Source of the DNA: an uncultured Sulfurovum sp.
GTDB lineage: Bacteria; Campylobacterota; Campylobacteria; Campylobacterales; Sulfurovaceae
Length of the DNA stretch: 64,000 nucleotides
Reading direction: 5' to 3'
Assembly: GCA_964515605.1 (NCBI GenBank)
Contig: CAZEUB010000028.1
Span: forward strand, 184 to 64,183
Shown: positions 57,638 through 64,000 of the stretch, one piece after another
Position numbering within the stretch: position 1 is the first letter of the stretch
Layout: each line of letters starts with the position of its first letter
Notes under the pieces: model-generated
What the model was told of the DNA's origin: nothing
The model's database searches: none
The model's input: only the letters and a program-made list of their open reading frames with translations
Program-made: the position numbers and the translations under genes

Positions 57638-58751
57638 TATAGGAGATTTTTCCATCAACAAAAGTTTTTAAAATATTAAAACTCTGATCAAATAGTACCA
57701 GATCAGCAGGGTAGTCCTCTTTGATCTCTCCCATTTTGAGTCCCAATTTTTTGGCAGGGGTTGAGGTGACCATGCTGATCAACTCAGGTAGAGTGATATC
57801 GGTATGTTGATAGAAATTTTTGAGTGCATCATTAATCCGAAGAACACTTCCTGCCAATGTGCCATCAAGAAGCCTTGCCTCACCATTTTTGACAATCGCT
57901 TTTTGTCCGCCAATATCATACTCTCCACACGCTAAACAACCTGCCCGCATTGCATCTGTAATGAGAATAAGTTGATCTCTTTTGAGCTTATAGATCAGAT
58001 TAAAAAAGGCAGGATGAACGTGAATCATATCGGCAATCAGATCACAACTCACTTTATCATTAGCCAAAATAGCTCCTACTACGCCTGGCTTACGATGGTG
58101 CAGAGGGTTCATCGCATTGAAGAGATGTGTTGCATGTGAAATACCCCAATCGATACTCTGTTGGGTCTCTTCAAACGTGGCATTGCTATGACCAATACTA
58201 AGCAGAATATTTGGGTAGTTGGTTTTAAGATGAGCGATAAAGGCTTGAGCATTCTCTATCTCAGGAGCAAGTGTGATCATTTTGATAATATCCATATAGG
58301 GCTGAATTGGTTTGAGATTGGGGAGTTGGATATGTGATGGATTTTGAGCACCATGTTTGCTTGGGTTGATAAATGGACCTTCAAGATGAACCCCCAAAAG
58401 CTTTGCTCCTACACTAGAGCGATAGTTCTTGATAGACTTTAGTGCTTCAATAATACTACTAGAGGACATGGTCATGGTTGTTGCTAGATAGGCAGTTGTT
58501 CCTGTTTGCAAAATACTCTTGGAGATTCTCTTCAGGGCATCTTCATTAGCATCCATCACATCAGCTCCTGCGGAGCCATGAATATGAATATCAATAAAAC
58601 CTGCACTCAAATAGGCTCCTTTTGCATCAATAACCTCTGCCCAGATAGGTAACTGTTGAGTTAAGGCAATGATCCTCTTGGAAAAAAGAAGATTGTAACC
58701 GTTGATAATCTTACCACTATTAATAATTTTGGCATTTATAATTGCTTTCAT
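57606..58751 (-). CDS. nagA: N-acetylglucosamine-6-phosphate deacetylase
   Basis: GFIDIHIHG, HLEGPF, GHS, THLFNAM, TDAM, LAGS. Confidence 0.93.
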   Translation of the reverse strand: MKAIINAKIINSGKIINGYNLLFSKRIIALTQQLPIWAEVIDAKGAYLSAGFIDIHIHGSAGADVMDANEDALKRISKSILQTGTTAYLATTMTMSSSSIIEALKSIKNYRSSVGAKLLGVHLEGPFINPSKHGAQNPSHIQLPNLKPIQPYMDIIKMITLAPEIENAQAFIAHLKTNYPNILLSIGHSNATFEETQQSIDWGISHATHLFNAMNPLHHRKPGVVGAILANDKVSCDLIADMIHVHPAFFNLIYKLKRDQLILITDAMRAGCLACGEYDIGGQKAIVKNGEARLLDGTLAGSVLRINDALKNFYQHTDITLPELISMVTSTPAKKLGLKMGEIKEDYPADLVLFDQSFNILKTFVDGKISYTNQFFDTHKE

Positions 58752-58900
58752 AAGTTGATTATAACTATAAATGGTTAGATTTTACTAACAAAGAGGATTA
58801 TATTAATCTAAGTTTAAAAAGTGTAACTATTTTTCATTTTTTTAAAGAGAAATGTATGCTATAATATGATCCATTCCCCTTATAACCATTAGGAGTATCT

Positions 58901-59827
58901 ATGAAAAAAATAGCCATTAGCATAGGCGATCTTAATGGGGTAGGTATTCAACTTGCCTTGGAGAATCATGAAGAGATCAAGAAGATAGTGAAGCCACTCT
59001 ATTGTATCGATAGATCAATGCTAGAAGAGGCATCAGAGTTGTTAAATCTTCCTATTCCCTCTGATTTTGAACATGTTAACAAAATTGCAAAACCTTTTAC
59101 AATTACCCCCTCTTGCATAACAAAAGAGAGTGGAGTCTATAGTTATGCCTCTTTTCTAAAAGCTGTTGAACTCTCAAAAGATTTAGAAGTAGATGGCATG
59201 ATGACACTCCCTATTCACAAAAAAGCATGGGAGCTTGCAGGGGTTAAATATAAGGGGCATACAGAGGCACTAAGAGATTTTTTCTTTGCCCCTGCAATTA
59301 TGATGTTGGGCGTTCCCAAGATGTATGTGGCACTCTATACAGAGCATATCCCACTCCATCAAGTTGCTTTGGAGGTCGCCAATACCAAAAAGCTCTCCTC
59401 CTTTTTAATCGATTTTTATAACAATATTGGTAGTCAATTAGAAGATGAAGAGTCTATTGGGCTACTTGGACTCAACCCTCATGCAGGAGATAGTGGGGTA
59501 TTAGGAGATGAGGAGCAGTCTATTATCAAAGCAAGAGCGATGGCTCATCAAGTAATTGGCAAAGAGGTCTATAGCTCTCCATTGGTACCTGATGTGGCAT
59601 TTACGCCTAATAACCGAAAAAAATATCGTTATTTTGTCGCAATGTATCATGATCAAGGATTATCCCCTCTAAAGGCACTCTATTTTGATGAGGGGATAAA
59701 TATCTCACTAAACCTTCCTATCATAAGAAGCTCCGTAGATCATGGAACCGCTTTTGATATCGCTTATAAAGGAGTAAAGGTTAACAACCAGAGTTATTTA
59801 AATGCATTAAGCTATTTTATAAATTAA
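58901..59827 (+). CDS. pdxA: 4-hydroxythreonine-4-phosphate dehydrogenase
   Basis: GDLNGVG, GHTE, LNPHAG, MYHDQGL, RSSVDHGTAFDIA. Confidence 0.95.
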   Translation: MKKIAISIGDLNGVGIQLALENHEEIKKIVKPLYCIDRSMLEEASELLNLPIPSDFEHVNKIAKPFTITPSCITKESGVYSYASFLKAVELSKDLEVDGMMTLPIHKKAWELAGVKYKGHTEALRDFFFAPAIMMLGVPKMYVALYTEHIPLHQVALEVANTKKLSSFLIDFYNNIGSQLEDEESIGLLGLNPHAGDSGVLGDEEQSIIKARAMAHQVIGKEVYSSPLVPDVAFTPNNRKKYRYFVAMYHDQGLSPLKALYFDEGINISLNLPIIRSSVDHGTAFDIAYKGVKVNNQSYLNALSYFIN

Positions 59828-60645
59828 AATGTTTTTAGATTTATTTTTGCATCTTTTTTGAGTTTTTGAACGGTCTCATCCATAAACGTATTAAACTTTT
59901 CTCGATTAATCTTGGCTTTGATCTGCTCCTTAACTTCATCCAAAGTTTTAATCCCCTCTGGTTTTCTATCCTCAAGATAGATAATATGATATCCAAATTG
60001 CGTCTTGACAGGCTCTTTAGTATATTCACCATTTTTTAGTTTGTCCGCTGCTAAACTAAATTCCGGAACCATTCTATCTAATGCAAACCATCCCAAATCC
60101 CCACCATTTTTACCTGAAGGTCCAGTTGATTTCTCTTTTGCTAATTTGATAAACTCTGCTTTGGTATCTTTTGCAGCCTCTAAGCTTTTGATAATTTTTT
60201 TGGCATCATCTTCTGTTTTGACCAAGATATGTCTAGCTTTGAGTTGTGCAGGTATTTTATACATATCTTTGTTTTTTTCATAGTCAGCTTTGATATCTGC
60301 ATCACTAATAGAGGATTCTATCCTTTTTGCCTCTCTCTCCATCCATAGGTTGAGAACCAACTCTTTTTTTATTAGCTCTAGTTTCTCTTTGAAATCTTTG
60401 CTCTCTTCTATTTTGTTTTTTGCGGCATGTTGAGAGAGGAGTTTACGATCAACAACCATATCTAGTACACGTTTTTGCATCTCTTTATTGAGTGTTGCAA
60501 ACTCAATACCTTGTTGACCTAAAGTTTGACTAATCTCATCTTCACTAATTACTTCACCATTAACGGTACCAAAATCTGTTCCAGCAGAAGCCACACTCAT
60601 CAAGAGAAGAGAAGTTACTGCTATCTTTATACTACTTTTAATCAT
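59824..60645 (-). CDS. Second parvulin-type periplasmic PPIase (PEB4-like paralogue)
   Basis: Signal peptide; ARHILV, STGPSGKNGGDLGWF, MVPEF, FGYHII. Confidence 0.88.
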   Translation of the reverse strand: MIKSSIKIAVTSLLLMSVASAGTDFGTVNGEVISEDEISQTLGQQGIEFATLNKEMQKRVLDMVVDRKLLSQHAAKNKIEESKDFKEKLELIKKELVLNLWMEREAKRIESSISDADIKADYEKNKDMYKIPAQLKARHILVKTEDDAKKIIKSLEAAKDTKAEFIKLAKEKSTGPSGKNGGDLGWFALDRMVPEFSLAADKLKNGEYTKEPVKTQFGYHIIYLEDRKPEGIKTLDEVKEQIKAKINREKFNTFMDETVQKLKKDAKINLKTF

Positions 60646-60716
60646 TTATATCCTTTTGTGGTTTTTTTAATCTTTAAGATTATATTAAAAAAAGGTAAAT
60701 CAACTGTTAACGAAAA

Positions 60717-62696
60717 TTAACATCTACCCAAATCTACTTTTTTGTACTCAACATCCATCAATGAACAAGCACGCCTCATAACGTTTTCAATAGTAAATCC
60801 AAACTTCTCGAAAAGCAGATCAGCAGGAGCAGAAGCACCGAAACTTTCCATTCCTAATACATCATCTGCATATCGGTAGTACTCTGTTGCGGTTGCTGCT
60901 TCTATTGCTAATACCTTGGTAGTTGGATCTACTACTTTTTCTCTATACTCTCTATCTTGCTCATTAAATAGATCCAGACAAGGAACAGAGACAACATTGG
61001 CTCTAATGCCCAAAACCTCTAAATGACAAGCAGCTTGAAGTGCCAACATAAGCTCTGAACCACTTGCCATCAGCGTAAAGTTTGCATCTTTTCTGGCTTT
61101 TACAATATAAGCACCATTGGCTACCTCCCCAAAATCTCTTTTTGGTTTGAGGGTTTTTAGCTTTTGACGAGAGAGAACAAAACCATGAGGTGCATCAATG
61201 CTAAGAGCTGCTCTCCATGCTTCGACATTTTCTGTAGCATCCGCAGGTCTCCAAACATAAAAGTTTGGTAACGCTCTAAATTGGCTTATATGCTCTATTG
61301 GCTCATGAGTTGGTCCATCTTCCCCTACTCCTATGCTATCATGTGTCCAGATAAAGAAGTTTTTGATATTGGTCAACGCAGCAATTCTTGCACTTGGCTT
61401 TAAGTAATCAGAGAATACAAAGAAAGTTGCATTAAAAGGGATAACCGTACCATAAAGAGCCATCGCATTGGTAATCGCAGCCATAGCATGTTCTCTAATT
61501 CCAAAATGTATGTTTCTGCCTTTTGGGAAATCTCCCATACCTTTAAGCTCTGTTTTGTTCGATGGAGCCAAGTCGGCAGAACCACCTACAAATGATGGAA
61601 TAGCTTTGGCAATAGCATTTAAAATCTGACCATTTGAATCTCTTGTTGCCATAGAGCCACTTTGACTAAAATCAGGAAACTCAATAGCTGAAAAATCAGG
61701 GTTAAGCACTCTATTCATTGCTTCATTTTGCTCTATAAGTGGTGCTTGTTTATGCAGATGAATCCACTGCTTCTCTAACATATCACCCTTCTCAACAGCA
61801 CATCTAAATCGTACCAATACATCTTCTGGTATATGAAATGCTTCAGCAGGAAATCCCTCTTTTGCTTTTGCTTCAGCAATAAGAGTCTCTCCTAGTGGTG
61901 AGCCATGTGTAGCAGATGATCCCTCTAGCTCCATTGCCCCTTTACCAATAATTGTATTGGCAATAATAATGGTTGGTTTTTTTGCACTTTTGACCTCGCC
62001 AAGAGCCTTATCTATCTCATCATAACAGTGTCCATTTATTTTTTTGACATCCCAACCCTGTGCGACAAATCTCCCCTCAACATCTTCAGACCATGCAATG
62101 CTTGTATCGCCCTCAATAGTAATCTCATTACTATCATAGATAAGTACCAAATTATCTAAACCTAAATGTCCAGCCAATGCACACGCCTCATAGGAGATAC
62201 CCTCCTGCAGATCTCCATCACCACATAGACAGTAGACTTTGTGATCTATTAGCTGACATGTCTCAGAGTTTACCTGCTCTCCTGTATATTTTGCAGCCAT
62301 CGCAAAACCTACTGCATTAGCAACTCCTTGCCCCAAAGGACCTGTAGTAATCTCCACACCATCAGTATGACCATACTCAGGATGTCCAGGAGTTTTGGAG
62401 TCAAGTTGTCTAAAGTTTTTTAGATCCTCCAAAGATAACTCATAACCCCAAAGGTGCAAAAGTGAGTAGATAAGGGAAGAGGCATGTCCACCAGAAAATA
62501 CCAAACGGTCACGATTTAACCATTTTGGATTTTTGGGGTTATGCTGTAGATGTTCACTCAAAACCACTGCAATATCTGCAAGACCCATTGGTGCTCCAGG
62601 GTGTCCTGAGTTTGCTGATTGTACCATATCTGCTGCTAAAAATCTAACCGTATTTGCCATCTTTTTACGCATAATATTCTCTTCTGTCATTGCCAT
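60717..62696 (-). CDS. tkt: Transketolase
   Basis: SGHPG, TPGHPE, TTGPLGQG, GDGDLQEG, GIREHAM, GEDGPTH. Confidence 0.97.
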   Translation of the reverse strand: MAMTEENIMRKKMANTVRFLAADMVQSANSGHPGAPMGLADIAVVLSEHLQHNPKNPKWLNRDRLVFSGGHASSLIYSLLHLWGYELSLEDLKNFRQLDSKTPGHPEYGHTDGVEITTGPLGQGVANAVGFAMAAKYTGEQVNSETCQLIDHKVYCLCGDGDLQEGISYEACALAGHLGLDNLVLIYDSNEITIEGDTSIAWSEDVEGRFVAQGWDVKKINGHCYDEIDKALGEVKSAKKPTIIIANTIIGKGAMELEGSSATHGSPLGETLIAEAKAKEGFPAEAFHIPEDVLVRFRCAVEKGDMLEKQWIHLHKQAPLIEQNEAMNRVLNPDFSAIEFPDFSQSGSMATRDSNGQILNAIAKAIPSFVGGSADLAPSNKTELKGMGDFPKGRNIHFGIREHAMAAITNAMALYGTVIPFNATFFVFSDYLKPSARIAALTNIKNFFIWTHDSIGVGEDGPTHEPIEHISQFRALPNFYVWRPADATENVEAWRAALSIDAPHGFVLSRQKLKTLKPKRDFGEVANGAYIVKARKDANFTLMASGSELMLALQAACHLEVLGIRANVVSVPCLDLFNEQDREYREKVVDPTTKVLAIEAATATEYYRYADDVLGMESFGASAPADLLFEKFGFTIENVMRRACSLMDVEYKKVDLGRC

Positions 62697-62734
62697 TTAA
62701 ATTCCTTTTAGTTGTACTCTAAACTCTATCACTG

Positions 62735-62781
62735 TTCGATAAAATCGAACCTATATTAAATATAAGCTCTGTTTTATCGAA
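62735..62781 (-). repeat. Long intergenic hairpin between ispA and tkt
   Basis: TTCGATAAAA/TTTTATCGAA outer stem plus an inner 10-bp stem that pairs fully (with G-U) only on the minus strand. Confidence 0.55.
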
Positions 62782-62783
62782 TC

Positions 62784-63632
62784 TTATCTGTGTCTATAAA
62801 GATACTTATTCATAATTGGGGTTAATGCTTTTTTTAGCTCTTCGTCAAATGAGCCAAACTTCTCCTCTAAACTATTTGCTAATGCCTCTGCCTCTTGAAT
62901 GCTCTGCTCTAACCCTATTAAATTTATAAAAGAGTTTTTCTCTCCATCATTACCTGTTGGCTTGCCAGCCTCTTCATCACTCTGCGTCTCATCTATGATA
63001 TCATCTTGAATCTGAAAAAGTAATCCCAAGTCGATACCAAAATCATATAGTTCATCTTGTTTTCGCTTCTCAAGACCTACGATAATAGCCCCCATCAAAA
63101 GAGAAGCTGCTATAAGTTTGGCTGTTTTATTTTTGTGCAATATCTTAACCTGCTCAAGAGTTAAAGGTTCATTCTCAAAATAAAGATCAATCGATTGTCC
63201 AAGTACCATCCCATAAGTGCCACCATCACGTGCCAAAACCTCAACTAGTTTTATTTTGACATCATCTCTTAATGGTGCTTTGGCTATATGATAAAATGCT
63301 TCAGTATTGAGTGCATCACCTGCTAAGATAGCTGTTGCTTCATTATAAGTTATATGTAGTGTCTCAAACCCACGACGCAGAGGAGCATTATCCATAGCAG
63401 GTAAATCATCATGTATCAGTGAGTAGGTATGTAAAAACTCCAGAGCCAATGCAGGAGCCAATGCACTCTCAAAAAGCAAAGGTTCATAGGCTTCTACTAC
63501 CGATAAGAGTAGCATTGGTCTAAAACGTTTACCGCCTGCTAATAGCATCGCTGAGATAGCGCTATTATAGTGAGGGTGGAAACTCTCTACCCTTGGTAAA
63601 TTTTCTTGAAGATAGGTTTCAAATCGTTGCAT
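62784..63632 (-). CDS. ispA: Polyprenyl (farnesyl) diphosphate synthase
   Basis: GGKRFRP, FARM SLIHDDLPAMD, RRG, KT, SARM FQIQDD. Confidence 0.92.
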   Translation of the reverse strand: MQRFETYLQENLPRVESFHPHYNSAISAMLLAGGKRFRPMLLLSVVEAYEPLLFESALAPALALEFLHTYSLIHDDLPAMDNAPLRRGFETLHITYNEATAILAGDALNTEAFYHIAKAPLRDDVKIKLVEVLARDGGTYGMVLGQSIDLYFENEPLTLEQVKILHKNKTAKLIAASLLMGAIIVGLEKRKQDELYDFGIDLGLLFQIQDDIIDETQSDEEAGKPTGNDGEKNSFINLIGLEQSIQEAEALANSLEEKFGSFDEELKKALTPIMNKYLYRHR

Positions 63633-63732
63633 AAATTATTCTTAATTTTTTTGGCAATATTATAACCAAATATGTTATAAATAAGATGTATGAATTGTGT
63701 AATTGTTAGATTATTTTATAAATTTAGAAGAT

Positions 63733-63759
63733 AGAGAGGTAGTCTAAAAACTACCCTCT
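63733..63759 (-). terminator. Probable terminator after the cold-shock gene
   Basis: AGAG(A)GGTAG...CTACCCTCT imperfect hairpin just downstream of the csp stop. Confidence 0.55.
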
Positions 63760-63770
63760 GTAAATAGCAG

Positions 63771-63989
63771 TTATACCGCTGTTACATTTTCAGCTTGTGG
63801 ACCTTTTTGACCTTCACCGATTTCAAATGTTACCGCTTGACCATCTGCAAGAGAGACTCTACCTCCACTTGGGTTGTTTACTTGTCTAAAATGTACAAAT
63901 ACATCAGCCCCTCCATTTTCTTGCTCAATAAACCCATAACCTTTTTCATCGTTAAACCATTTCACAGTTCCATTAACTAATTCTGCCAT
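63771..63989 (-). CDS. Cold-shock protein (CspA family)
   Basis: [27 protein letters not shown]. Confidence 0.95.
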   Translation of the reverse strand: MAELVNGTVKWFNDEKGYGFIEQENGGADVFVHFRQVNNPSGGRVSLADGQAVTFEIGEGQKGPQAENVTAV

Positions 63990-64000
63990 TGTCGTACCTT

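Noticed and set aside
223..63980. The many 60-150 aa ORFs overlapping larger genes (e.g. 3051-3383, 7239-7619, 19750-20181, 53456-53905)
   Set aside because: They are antisense or alternate-frame shadows of well-supported CDS, with no recognisable motifs or RBS.
1..64000. CRISPR arrays, tRNA/rRNA genes, transposases, integrases, prophage genes
   Set aside because: No regularly spaced repeats or recognisable motifs. Intergenic gaps are short and are explained by promoters and terminators.

Overview
An AT-rich (roughly 35-40% GC, by eye), gene-dense chromosomal segment from a Campylobacterota bacterium, most likely Sulfurovum-like. This is inferred from the futalosine pathway (mqnC), the nth-PEB4-fba, kdsA-ribH-nusB and rplI-hslV-hslU gene orders, and TATAAT/extended -10 promoters without a clear -35 box. 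About 47 CDS can be supported. Most are housekeeping: hpf, recG, purH, purU, fbaA, nth, mltG, aroQ, nagA, pdxA, tkt, ispA, csp. I found no rRNA, tRNA, CRISPR array, transposase or prophage gene. The accessory loci are listed here. (1) An MSHA/type IV pilus-like adhesin plus three minor pilins. (2) The best candidate for an undescribed system: a two-gene operon encoding a secreted vitellogenin/MTP-like beta-sheet + HEAT protein and a lipoprotein with a hemopexin propeller and a beta-rich C-terminus, divergent from a 7TM-DISM two-component system with a tandem operator between them. (3) A cytidylyltransferase-oxidoreductase fusion / class V aminotransferase / LicD cassette. (4) An alpha-2-macroglobulin lacking its thioester Cys. 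(5) A MoxR-type AAA / VWA pair with a degenerate HEXXH. (6) A 23-aa-repeat lipoprotein with symmetric architecture. At least eight genes also appear to be leaderless. All calls come from reading motifs by eye; no database searches were run.
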